The notes under the pieces: generated by a model
Told to the model about the DNA's origin: nothing
Databases searched by the model: none
Seen by the model: only the letters and a program-made list of their open reading frames with translations
Origin: an uncultured Dehalococcoidales bacterium
GTDB lineage: Bacteria; Chloroflexota; Dehalococcoidia; GIF9; UBA5629
Direction: 5' to 3'
Length of the DNA: 44,399 bases
NCBI GenBank assembly: GCA_964509615.1
Contig: CAZDXZ010000005.1
Location: 1 to 44,399, forward strand
Made by a program: the position numbers and the translations under genes
In this document: piece after piece, positions 1 to 11,054 of the stretch
Numbering within the stretch: position 1 is the stretch's first letter
How the letters are laid out: the number at the start of each line of letters is the position of its first letter

Positions 1-1885
<1,885 letters not shown>

Positions 1886-1910
1886 ACCGTAATCAGCCTC
1901 CTGTTATTTC

Positions 1911-1977
1911 TTTTAATGCGCAGTAAAAATTTGCGCAAATTACCACTCATTCTATAGATTGGCAGCCTGCCGCGCAA
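1911..1977 (-). promoter_or_regulatory. Sigma70-type promoter of acs with overlapping palindromic operator(s)
   Basis: Minus strand TTGCGC (1977-1972)-N17-TAGAAT (1954-1949). Perfect palindrome AATTTGCGCAAATT at 1928-1941 and imperfect TTTTAATGCGCAGTAAAA at 1911-1928. Confidence 0.5.
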
Positions 1978-2149
1978 GTGTCACATAGTCGACGTGTTCG
2001 CCCACATGTTTATTACCTGATACTGATATTTGATATCCCGTCGACCGGCGATGGTTTGAACTTTCCCGAGAAAACAATTATATTGGTTGAACCACTCTGT
2101 GGAGCAGGTTGCCGGCATGTAACAAAAAGATGCAGGGGGATGTTAGAAA

Positions 2150-3901
2150 ATGGTATGGAAAACTCAGTTGAAATCGCTTGTAATTCTGCTTACCGTTCTT
2201 CTTATGGCTTCGGCTTGCTCACCCGGCCCCAAATATCCCGATTTCAGCAGTGTGAGCGCTGATTCTATACGCTCTCATCACCAGGCGCTCTACGATATCT
2301 CCACCAAGGCCGGCGGGCTCGACTCCGGAATACGCTTGAACGATGCCGGCGCCAGGGCGGCCGACTATATCACGTCTGTCTACAAGAGCGCAGGACTGCA
2401 AAATGTCCGTCAGGAGGAATTCCTTCCGCTCCGCTGGTGGCCGGAAAATTACGGGGTCACGGCTTTCACACCGGGACAACCATCTGGAAAGCAGCTTGTC
2501 GCCTTTCCCCTCTGGTACTGCGAGGGGATTGACAACGAGGAACTCGATCTTGTCTACGTGGGTTATGGAACACCGGGGGAATGGGCCGGGGTGAATGTCC
2601 AGGATAAAGCTGTTTTAATGGACATGAAACGCATTATGCACTTTATCCCGTCCTGGCAGAACACCATGGGCAAACAGATAGCCAGGGACATCGGGGCCAA
2701 GGCTATTATCCTGGCCGATACCCTGGTAGATTCGCCCAGCGGGATTTCAGCCGGAAACGGGGGGAGCATCAAGGACCAGAAAGGACAGAACGCCGAGCTT
2801 TACTCAATTCCCGGCTTCAGCATCGGCAAAAGCGATGGAGATTTTCTGAGAAACGCCCTCAAATCCGGCCCGGTTAAGGTAAAACTGAACCTGAAATACA
2901 GCATGAACCCGACCAAGGCTGTCAACGTAGTGGGTGAACTCCCGGGCAACGGCAAGGTGGATGAATATATTGTCATCGGCGGCCACTACGACACGTGGTT
3001 CAACGGCGCACTCGACAACCTGGGTTCCCAGGCCAGCATGATAGAGATGGCCAAGTACCTTTCGAGTATCCCGCAGTCTCAGAGGGATCGCAATATAATC
3101 TTCGTATCGCTTTTCGGCCACGAATACGGCGGTGAAACATCTAAACCGAACGCCGCCATGGGCCATGCGGCATTTGTTGAAAAACACCCTGAGCTGAAAA
3201 ACAAGGTGACCTGTTTCCTGGATATTGACGGCTCCGGGTCCTGGGGATATGAGGAGGTCAAGAACACAGGGGTGATTGCACCAACCAATAAAGACGATAA
3301 GTCAGGCATTTTTGCTACAAGCTGGGCACTCACTGAGATGGCGGAAGAAGGCATACAGAAATACGGCAAAGGTCCCTGGGGCATGTATCCCGTCAGCACT
3401 TTCGTTGCCGACTTAGCCGGACCGATCGGTGATGCCGGCTGGCCCTGCCTGATGATTATTTCAAAGCATATCTATTACCACAGCTTGCTGGATACCATGG
3501 AGAAGATTACCCCTGATCAGGTTTACCGCCGTACCCTTATGAACCTGGATATCGTGAAGAAGCTGCTGGACTCACCAGCAGGGTTTATCCTGGCTATAGA
3601 CGGCAACCCCAGCAAAGCCAGGGATGTCAAGGATATTAATAACGTCTCTGTACAGGTAATACCTTTAACCATCAAGGCCGGCAGTTTAGCCATAGCCTGG
3701 CCCGGTTATTGGGACGATGACCTGGTGGTAAGGCCCGATGGGTTCGCTTTCGATTTCGGCGACGGTACGACCCCCGTGACGGGTAAGGTGGCCACGGGCC
3801 ATGTTTACGAGAAACCCGGCACCTACACCGTCACCATGACGATCAATGACATAGCCGGTCGCCGCGGTGTGGCCAGCCAGGATGTAATAGTGATTCCATG
3901 A
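2150..3901 (+). CDS. M28-family metallopeptidase-like lipoprotein with PA and C-terminal PKD domains
   Basis: Lipobox MASA-C23; PA insert (LVYVGYG...DKAVL); NVVGELPG, GGHYDT, GALDNLGS, YYHS; PKD signature FDFGDG...HVYEKPGTYTVTMT. Confidence 0.8.
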   Translation: MVWKTQLKSLVILLTVLLMASACSPGPKYPDFSSVSADSIRSHHQALYDISTKAGGLDSGIRLNDAGARAADYITSVYKSAGLQNVRQEEFLPLRWWPENYGVTAFTPGQPSGKQLVAFPLWYCEGIDNEELDLVYVGYGTPGEWAGVNVQDKAVLMDMKRIMHFIPSWQNTMGKQIARDIGAKAIILADTLVDSPSGISAGNGGSIKDQKGQNAELYSIPGFSIGKSDGDFLRNALKSGPVKVKLNLKYSMNPTKAVNVVGELPGNGKVDEYIVIGGHYDTWFNGALDNLGSQASMIEMAKYLSSIPQSQRDRNIIFVSLFGHEYGGETSKPNAAMGHAAFVEKHPELKNKVTCFLDIDGSGSWGYEEVKNTGVIAPTNKDDKSGIFATSWALTEMAEEGIQKYGKGPWGMYPVSTFVADLAGPIGDAGWPCLMIISKHIYYHSLLDTMEKITPDQVYRRTLMNLDIVKKLLDSPAGFILAIDGNPSKARDVKDINNVSVQVIPLTIKAGSLAIAWPGYWDDDLVVRPDGFAFDFGDGTTPVTGKVATGHVYEKPGTYTVTMTINDIAGRRGVASQDVIVIP

Positions 3902-3923
3902 ATAAAAAATGGCGTCGCGGCTC

Positions 3924-3957
3924 GGGCAGGCAACGCCCTGAGTAACGTTGCCTGCTC
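3924..3957 (+). other. Intergenic stem-loop (12-bp stem, 10-nt loop, no U-tract)
   Basis: GGGCAGGCAACG-ccctgagtaa-CGTTGCCTGCTC between the peptidase and enolase-family genes. Confidence 0.45.
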
Positions 3958-3977
3958 TCAAACTAAGATAGACAGCT

Positions 3978-5153
3978 ATGAATATTAATTCGCCCCGCGT
4001 TGTCCGCATCGAGCTCACGCCCGTCGTCATACCCTTCCAGCCGATAGTCCGCGAGGCCATGAGCAAATCGGGCGGCCTGGGCATGGCCATACCCGCCGAG
4101 GAAGAGTGGAACGGCATCGATTGCGCCATCTGCGTTATGACCGACGAGGCGGGCAATACCGGCCTGGGAGAGTCTTATGTCTGGTGGCCGGAGACCGGCA
4201 CCTCGCCCAACCAGATCATCGAGGTCATCCGCCAGGCCCTGGCCAAATATGTGCTGGGACAGAGCCCCTTCGACGCGGAGAAGATCTGTCGCCGCATGGA
4301 TAACAACGTGGCCCGCTCCGAGGCGGCCAAAGGACTTCTGGATATGGCGCTCTACGACCTGATGGGCATGGTCAGGGGCGTGCCCGCCTGCGAAATAATG
4401 GGAGGGAAAGCATCTGATATACAGCTGGCGGCGCTGATTCCTCTGATGGACCCCGACGGTATGGTCTTCCTGTCAAAGCTGTTTTTCGATGACGGGTACA
4501 GGACGCTGCGCCTGAAGCTGGGGCACGGGAAAGATAAGGACGTAGCCATTCTGCAGGCCGTGAGAAAGGAATTCGGCAAACAGGTGCGCATCCGGGTGGA
4601 CTACAACCAGGCATACTCGCCGCAGGAAGCCGTTAAGGCCATTAAGGCCATTGAACCTTTTAATATCGATGTTGCCGAGCAGCCCGTGGCCGCCGCCGAT
4701 TACGTGGGAATGGCTTATGTGCAAAAGCGCGTTAAAACTCCGCTCATGTCGCATGAAGGCTGCTTCTCTCTGGGCGACATAGTCACCCTGACAGAGCTGG
4801 GCGCCATACGTGCGGTCGGCGTCAATACGGAGCGGCCGGGCGGCATCACCTCTGCGCTCCAAGCCATGGACTTTGCAACCGAACACAAAATGGGTATTGT
4901 AATCCACAACCAGTCTGCCGGCATATCATCGGCCGCCCTGATTCATCTGGCGGCGGCGCGCCTGCCTTCGCTGGGACACGCCGTCGAGCTTTTCGGTTAT
5001 GTCATGATCGAGGACGATCTCATCACAACGCCCATTGATTACAGCCGCGGCATCGCCAGGGTACCGGCCGGGCCGGGCTGGGGCGTTACGCTGGATAAGG
5101 CCGCACTGGATAAATACGCAACAGGCCCGACAGTGAAGCTCACTCTACCCTGA
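3978..5153 (+). CDS. Enolase-superfamily (mandelate racemase/muconate lactonizing, dipeptide-epimerase-like) protein with atypical active site
   Basis: GLGE, AKGLLDMALYDLMG, RLKLG, RVDYNQ, EQP, GPGWGV. Confidence 0.85.
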   Translation: MNINSPRVVRIELTPVVIPFQPIVREAMSKSGGLGMAIPAEEEWNGIDCAICVMTDEAGNTGLGESYVWWPETGTSPNQIIEVIRQALAKYVLGQSPFDAEKICRRMDNNVARSEAAKGLLDMALYDLMGMVRGVPACEIMGGKASDIQLAALIPLMDPDGMVFLSKLFFDDGYRTLRLKLGHGKDKDVAILQAVRKEFGKQVRIRVDYNQAYSPQEAVKAIKAIEPFNIDVAEQPVAAADYVGMAYVQKRVKTPLMSHEGCFSLGDIVTLTELGAIRAVGVNTERPGGITSALQAMDFATEHKMGIVIHNQSAGISSAALIHLAAARLPSLGHAVELFGYVMIEDDLITTPIDYSRGIARVPAGPGWGVTLDKAALDKYATGPTVKLTLP

Positions 5154-5193
5154 AGATAACGGCTGAAGAAAAAATAAAGGAGCAAGCGCTATC

Positions 5194-6639
5194 ATGGATT
5201 CTGCAAGCCTGGTGGATATCGGCATTATCCTGGTTTACCTGGCCGGCATGGTGGCCGTGGGCATCTGGACCTCCCGCAAGATCAAAAATCTGACGGACTA
5301 CTCACTGGCGGGAAAATCGCTGGGCTTCCTGGTGATGATCGGGACGCTGGTGGGGGCCGCCATCGGCGCCGCCTCCACCATGGGAAAAGCAGGGAAGGCT
5401 TACGAGCTGGGGGCCATCTTCGTCACGGCCGGTTTCGGCTATATCGCCGGTCTGGTCGTCTTCGGACTGCTCTCGGGCAGGCTGCGCCGCCTGGGAATCT
5501 GGACCATCCCAGAGGCGCTCTATAAAAGATACGGGAACGGCATCAACCAGGCCTGCGGCGCTGCCATGTTCATCACGGTCATCGCCCTGTTCGGCGGCCA
5601 GATCATAGGGATCGGCCTTATATTTACGGCGGTGGGCCAATCGCTGGGGCTGACCTATACCACATCGGTCATACTGGCCGGCGTGGTTATGATCTTATAT
5701 ACCGTGCTGGGCGGCCTCTTCGCAGTGGCCTACACCGACCTGATTCAAACCGTCATCATGGTGGCCAGCATCGGAATCATCCTGCCGATTTTCATACTGG
5801 TCAACGATTCCGGCTCGATGCTGGCAAACGCCTGGCAGTCCGCCGCAACGGGCACAGGCCCGGGCATATCCCCCATCTACCTGGTATCCATCTGGATCAT
5901 AGATTTCTGCTTCTGCCTGGTTGATCCCGGGCTGTGGCAGAGGGCCAACGCCGCGACCAGCGGAAAGGTCATCAAGAATTCCATGTTCGTCACGGCCGGC
6001 GTTTACGTGTACTGGTCCATCGTGGTCGTGATGCTGGGCATTCTCGGCATCTTCCTGCTGCCCAATATCGTGCAGAATTACGGCTCCACAGATGCGGTCA
6101 TACCCGTGATGATCGTGAAATACCTGCCCGTGGGCCTGGTCGGCCTCTGCCTGGCCGGCCTGATGGCGGTGATGATGAGCACCGCCTCGGTGGCGCTGCT
6201 TATATCCGGCACTACCATAGCCAACGACCTGATCAAGGCGGCCCGGCCCCAGACCAGCGAAACCAAACTGCTGCTGTGGGCCAAGCTGGTGATCGTTATC
6301 GTGGGTGCCCTGGGCATCGTTTTCGCCATGTTTATGCGCGGCATCTTCGACATACTGCTGCTGGCCTTCGCCGTATATGTATCTGCCGTATTCATACCGG
6401 CCATGGCGGCCTTCTTCTGGAAAAAGGCCACCCGCCAGGGCGCTATCGTCAGCAGCATCGTATCGACCATAGTCTGTGTGGGCCTCTATGCTATCAAGCA
6501 GTTTATTGAGATACCCTGGCTCGAGCCCATCGTGATCAGCCTGGCGGTAAGCCTGGTCCTGATGTGGGCTGTTTCCAGGGCGACCTACAAACCGGAAAGC
6601 GCGACTCCGAAATTAATCTTATCGGGAGGTGACCAATGA
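5194..6639 (+). CDS. Sodium:solute symporter (SSS family)
   Basis: About 13 hydrophobic segments; DYSLAGKSLG, TIPEAL, YTVLGGLFAVAYTDLIQ, WQR, MAVMMST. Confidence 0.88.
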   Translation: MDSASLVDIGIILVYLAGMVAVGIWTSRKIKNLTDYSLAGKSLGFLVMIGTLVGAAIGAASTMGKAGKAYELGAIFVTAGFGYIAGLVVFGLLSGRLRRLGIWTIPEALYKRYGNGINQACGAAMFITVIALFGGQIIGIGLIFTAVGQSLGLTYTTSVILAGVVMILYTVLGGLFAVAYTDLIQTVIMVASIGIILPIFILVNDSGSMLANAWQSAATGTGPGISPIYLVSIWIIDFCFCLVDPGLWQRANAATSGKVIKNSMFVTAGVYVYWSIVVVMLGILGIFLLPNIVQNYGSTDAVIPVMIVKYLPVGLVGLCLAGLMAVMMSTASVALLISGTTIANDLIKAARPQTSETKLLLWAKLVIVIVGALGIVFAMFMRGIFDILLLAFAVYVSAVFIPAMAAFFWKKATRQGAIVSSIVSTIVCVGLYAIKQFIEIPWLEPIVISLAVSLVLMWAVSRATYKPESATPKLILSGGDQ

Positions 6640-7802
6640 ATGAGCAGCACAGGCGATTAACCTTATTCGAAGCTGCTGCAGTGGTGGCCGGGCTGGGGTT
6701 CGGCGGAGGGGTAATGGCTGTGCCTTACCTGGCCTCGCTGAACGGGATTATGGAGTTGATCATTACCGCGCTGGTGGCCTATGCTGTCAGCCTGTTGCTG
6801 CACCTGATGGTGGTGGAGGTTGTGCTGCGCGAAGACAAGCCCCAGCAGCTGGTGGAGCTTTTCGGGAAATACGTTTTCAAGCAGACCTGGTGGGGAAAGG
6901 CGCTGACCTGGATTATCTTCATACTGGTGCTGGTCACCTTCTACGCGCTGCTGGCCGGGTACATCGTCGGCTGCGCCGAGCTCCTGCGCAACATCTTCCC
7001 GGCGCTGCCGCTGTGGGCCGGGGAGGTCATAACTTATGTTGTGGCAGCGGGAATCGTACTCATCGGGCTGAAAGCTGTGGGAGTCAGCGAGAAATGGTCC
7101 ATTACCAGCATCGCCGTCGTGCTGCTTATACTGTCCGTCATATCTTTTGCATATCCATTTAATACACTACCCCTCTGGAGCGGAGACGGAGCGAAAATAC
7201 TGGCTCTATACGGTATGATCATGTTCTGCCTGACCTGCCTTTTCTCAGTTCCCCAGGCGGCGGAGGGGCTTTCCTGGAACAGGAAGCTGGTCCCGGGCGC
7301 CGTGGTGCTGGGCATCACGATAAACCTGGTCTTCACGCTGGTCATCTCCTTCATGGCATCCCTGGTCTCCAAACCGGTGACCGAGGTGGCCATCATCGGC
7401 TGGGGCAACGCCGTGGGAATGTGGGCGGTGATACTGGGATCGGTCTTCGCTTTCCTGGGGCTGCTGACCAGCTACTGGAGCATCGGCTATGCGCTGGCCG
7501 TGGTGATCGTTGAGAGGCTTAAATGGGGCTACCGCCTGTCATGGCTGCTGGCCACCGTCCCCAGCATTATCATGGCCCTATTCGGGCTGGCCGGTTTCCT
7601 GGATTACATGCGCTACGCGGGAGGGGCCATGGCGGTCCTCATGGCATTGCTCATACCGCCAGCGCTTTTGATCAGCCGCAAGGAGAACGCCAATATAATG
7701 CCCGCTTTCAGTCTGGGCAAATGGGGCAACGTCTTCATCTGTATATTGGTGTTCATCGCCTATCTGCTGATGGCGGTGGGCTCTCTGATACCCGTTAACT
7801 GA
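6636..7802 (+). CDS. Aromatic/hydroxy amino-acid permease (HAAAP/Trp-Tyr permease-like)
   Basis: N-terminal VVAGLGFGGGVMAVPY motif; about 11 TM segments; LLTSY; ATGA overlap with the SSS gene. Confidence 0.75.
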   Translation: MNEQHRRLTLFEAAAVVAGLGFGGGVMAVPYLASLNGIMELIITALVAYAVSLLLHLMVVEVVLREDKPQQLVELFGKYVFKQTWWGKALTWIIFILVLVTFYALLAGYIVGCAELLRNIFPALPLWAGEVITYVVAAGIVLIGLKAVGVSEKWSITSIAVVLLILSVISFAYPFNTLPLWSGDGAKILALYGMIMFCLTCLFSVPQAAEGLSWNRKLVPGAVVLGITINLVFTLVISFMASLVSKPVTEVAIIGWGNAVGMWAVILGSVFAFLGLLTSYWSIGYALAVVIVERLKWGYRLSWLLATVPSIIMALFGLAGFLDYMRYAGGAMAVLMALLIPPALLISRKENANIMPAFSLGKWGNVFICILVFIAYLLMAVGSLIPVN

Positions 7803-7814
7803 GGATATTGCCGT

Positions 7815-9398
7815 ATGCCGGATAACGGTCAGCTTTACTTCAACGGCACAGTCCGCACAATCGACCCGGCCTGCCCGGTCGCCGGGGCAGCCGCCCTTCG
7901 GAAAGGGAAGATAGTCGCTGTGGGAACAAAGGACGCCTGCATAAAAGCGCTGGGAAAAGGATATGAGCCGGTGGATATGCGGGGCGGCGCCCTGGTGCCC
8001 GGCTTTATCGACACCCATATGCACCCGGTCCTGCTTATCTTCTTCGCTATGAATTGCGACCTGGGCGGCGTGGCTTCCATGTCGGAGCTGCAGCAGAAGC
8101 TGCGCGAGTCCCTGCTGAGGAAGAACGACGACTCCTGGCTGATCGGCCTCAACTTCGACGAGCAGAGCCTGCGCGAGAAACGGGTGCCGGACAGGCATGA
8201 CCTGGATGCCGTCAGTTCCGAAAGACCGCTGGCTGTGATCAAACACGACGGCCATTCGGTCTTCGCCAACACCCGCGCTATCGAAGCCGCCGGGATAACG
8301 GCCTCCACACCGGACCCGGAGGCGGGAGCGATAGAGAGGGAGGAGGACGGGTTCCCCTCAGGTGTCTTCCGTGAGACCGCACTGCAACTGGTTATGAACA
8401 GTATGCCCATGCCCGAGATGAATGTGCTGATGGAAAGCGCGCGCAGCACGTTCAATCGGCTGGTCTCCCTGGGCATAACCTCCGTCGGCATAGTGCTGCA
8501 GACAAGCGCCGAAGGTCCGGCCGGATCGGCCGGCGCCTTCGATGTCCCGGCCATGCAGCTCTTCAGCGAGCTGTGCCCTCTCAGCCTGTACTCGCTGTTG
8601 ATAACACCCGATATTTCAGGCCTGGAAGGGCTGAGGAACAGCTCCCTTAACAGCGGCTCGAACCACCTGGGGGGCGTCAAGCTCTTCGCGGACGGCACAT
8701 TCGGGTCCTCGACCGCCTACATGCAGGAGCCGTTCTCAGACAATCCGCAAAAGCGCGGCCTGCTGATGCATCCGCCGGAGGAGCTGTACGAGTTGATGGC
8801 CGCGGCTCACAACGCGGGCTGGCAGGTGTGTATTCACGCCATCGGTGATGCCGCCAACAGGCTGTGCGTGGAGCTTTACACACGGCTGTTCAGGCAGTCC
8901 CCGCGCAGCGGGTGCCGCCACCGCATTGAGCACGCGTCCATCATGGATGCCGAAGTGATGCGTGAGATGGCCGGGCTGGGTGTTTTAGTTTCCACGCAGC
9001 CCATGTTCATACATTCCGAGAAAGGTTGGCTGCCCCCGAGACTGGGGACGGAGCGCTGCAGAAGCGTCTACCCCCTGAGGTCCTTCCTGGAGGCCGGCAT
9101 CAGAGTGGGCGGCGCCTCCGACGCGCCCATTGAATCGCAGGACGTGCTTCACGCCATCCAGTGCTGCGTCACGCGGGAAGGCTTCGAGCCGCACCAGTGC
9201 ATATCGATCGAGCAAGCGCTGCGCATGTATACGCTGGACGCCGCTTATCTGCAGTTCGAAGAAGATATCAAGGGCAGCATCACGCCGGGCAAGCGGGCGG
9301 ACCTGGTTCTTCTGGGCGAAGACCCCTTTAAGGTAAAGCCGGACAGGATAAAGGACATAGAAGTGATGCGGACGGTGGTTGGCGGGAAAGTGTTGTAA
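7815..9398 (+). CDS. Amidohydrolase, YtcJ/Amidohydro_3 family
   Basis: PGFIDTHMH (HxH), DGHS, KLFADG, HAIGD, RIEHAS, ASDAP, GSITPGKRADLV. Confidence 0.88.
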   Translation: MPDNGQLYFNGTVRTIDPACPVAGAAALRKGKIVAVGTKDACIKALGKGYEPVDMRGGALVPGFIDTHMHPVLLIFFAMNCDLGGVASMSELQQKLRESLLRKNDDSWLIGLNFDEQSLREKRVPDRHDLDAVSSERPLAVIKHDGHSVFANTRAIEAAGITASTPDPEAGAIEREEDGFPSGVFRETALQLVMNSMPMPEMNVLMESARSTFNRLVSLGITSVGIVLQTSAEGPAGSAGAFDVPAMQLFSELCPLSLYSLLITPDISGLEGLRNSSLNSGSNHLGGVKLFADGTFGSSTAYMQEPFSDNPQKRGLLMHPPEELYELMAAAHNAGWQVCIHAIGDAANRLCVELYTRLFRQSPRSGCRHRIEHASIMDAEVMREMAGLGVLVSTQPMFIHSEKGWLPPRLGTERCRSVYPLRSFLEAGIRVGGASDAPIESQDVLHAIQCCVTREGFEPHQCISIEQALRMYTLDAAYLQFEEDIKGSITPGKRADLVLLGEDPFKVKPDRIKDIEVMRTVVGGKVL

Positions 9399-9407
9399 AA
9401 TTAACTC

Positions 9408-11036
9408 ATGCCCATCAAGGTACTACCTCCCGAGGTTACTTCCAAGATCGCAGCCGGTGAGGTCATTGAGCGCCCCGCCTCTGTGGCCAAGGAGCTTATC
9501 GAGAACTCCCTGGACGCGGGCGCTACAGAGATTATCATCGAGGCCAACAACGGCGGAGTCAGCTACCTGCGCGTCTCCGATAACGGGTGCGGGCTCTCGG
9601 CAGTCGAGGCCGAGATAGCGATCAAGCGGCATGCCACCAGCAAGATCACCGGGCTGCAAGACCTGGAGCATATAAATACACTCGGTTTCAGGGGAGAAGC
9701 CCTGCCCAGCATCGCCTCCGTGGCCGAGGTTGAAATACTAACGCGAGATGCTGACGGTAGCGCCGCCAGCTACCTGCGCCTGGATAACGGCACAGTCGTG
9801 GCCAGGGAAAAAAAGAGCCGCCCCCGGGGCACAACGGTGATCGTACGGCGCCTTTTCCAAAACTTCCCGGCCAGGCTCAAATTCCTCAAGTCCGCTACTA
9901 CCGAGTCGGGCCATATAACCACGCTGGTGAGCCAGTTCGCCCTGGCCTATCCCGAGGTCCGGTTCGAGCTCATCACCGACGGCCGCACCACGCTGCGCTC
10001 CAGCGGGGACACCGAGCTCAGATCGGCAGTGTCCGTGATCTACGGCCTGGACATCGCGAAAAAAATGCTGGACGTCGAGGGCACGGACGGCTTTCTTTAT
10101 ATACAGGGCCTTGCCAGCCCTCCTTCCGTTCAGCGCTCCAGCCGCAGCTATCTCAGCTTCTTCGTCAACCGCCGCTATGTGCGCAACTCCCTGCTGGCCA
10201 AGGCGGTTGAGACCGCCTACGAAGAACTGCTGATGACCGGCAGGCACCCCCTGGCGGTAATCAATATAGCCATCCCACCGGAGGAGGTGGATGTCAACGT
10301 CCACCCGACCAAGCTGGAGGTCAAGTTCCGCAATAACAGCAACGTCTTCACAGCCATTGTGAAAACGCTGAGGGATACGCTGGCAAAGTCACCCCTGCCG
10401 TCGGCGCGTCCGGAGCTCGATGATGCATCCTCGCGGCCCCTGTGGGAGCCGCACGCAACGGAAATGCCCGCCCTGAGGACATTGGGGCAGCTTTCCGCCA
10501 GCTACATACTGGCGGAGGGAGAGGAGGGCCTTTACCTGATTGACCAGCATGCGGCGCACGAACGCATTCTATTTGAGAAGATAATCGCCCAGAGGAAGGA
10601 AGGCCGGCCCGATGTCCAGGGTATGCTGGAGCCCCTGACAGTGGAGCTTTCGGCCATGCATATGCAGGCGCTGGAAGGCTGCTCTGCCCTGCTGAGCGCG
10701 CTCGGATTCACCATCGAGCCGTTCGGCGGCAACTCCTGCCTGGTTCGCGCGGTGCCGTCCGTATTAAGCGGCGCGCCAATTACAGATGCTGTCATGGAGA
10801 TCCTGGACGAGCTGGGACCTGAGAAGGACGCGGATACGCGCGGCATGAAGGCCGCCCGCCTGGTCGCCTGCCACGGCGCCATCAAGGCAGGCCAGAAGCT
10901 GGAGACGGGAGAACAGGCCGAGCTGATCAAACAGCTTTCCTCAACTTCCCGGCCGCGGACCTGTCCCCATGGAAGGCCCACCATGCTGCACCTCAGCTCG
11001 CAACAGCTCAAAAGGGAGTTCGGAAGGACCCAGTAG
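9408..11036 (+). CDS. mutL: DNA mismatch repair endonuclease MutL (short linker)
   Basis: KIAAGEVIERPAS, KELIENSLDAGA, GFRGEAL, DVNVHP, endonuclease motif DQHAAHERILFE, ACH, CPHGRP. Confidence 0.97.
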   Translation: MPIKVLPPEVTSKIAAGEVIERPASVAKELIENSLDAGATEIIIEANNGGVSYLRVSDNGCGLSAVEAEIAIKRHATSKITGLQDLEHINTLGFRGEALPSIASVAEVEILTRDADGSAASYLRLDNGTVVAREKKSRPRGTTVIVRRLFQNFPARLKFLKSATTESGHITTLVSQFALAYPEVRFELITDGRTTLRSSGDTELRSAVSVIYGLDIAKKMLDVEGTDGFLYIQGLASPPSVQRSSRSYLSFFVNRRYVRNSLLAKAVETAYEELLMTGRHPLAVINIAIPPEEVDVNVHPTKLEVKFRNNSNVFTAIVKTLRDTLAKSPLPSARPELDDASSRPLWEPHATEMPALRTLGQLSASYILAEGEEGLYLIDQHAAHERILFEKIIAQRKEGRPDVQGMLEPLTVELSAMHMQALEGCSALLSALGFTIEPFGGNSCLVRAVPSVLSGAPITDAVMEILDELGPEKDADTRGMKAARLVACHGAIKAGQKLETGEQAELIKQLSSTSRPRTCPHGRPTMLHLSSQQLKREFGRTQ

Positions 11037-11054
11037 GCCTTGCGGCAGATCTCT

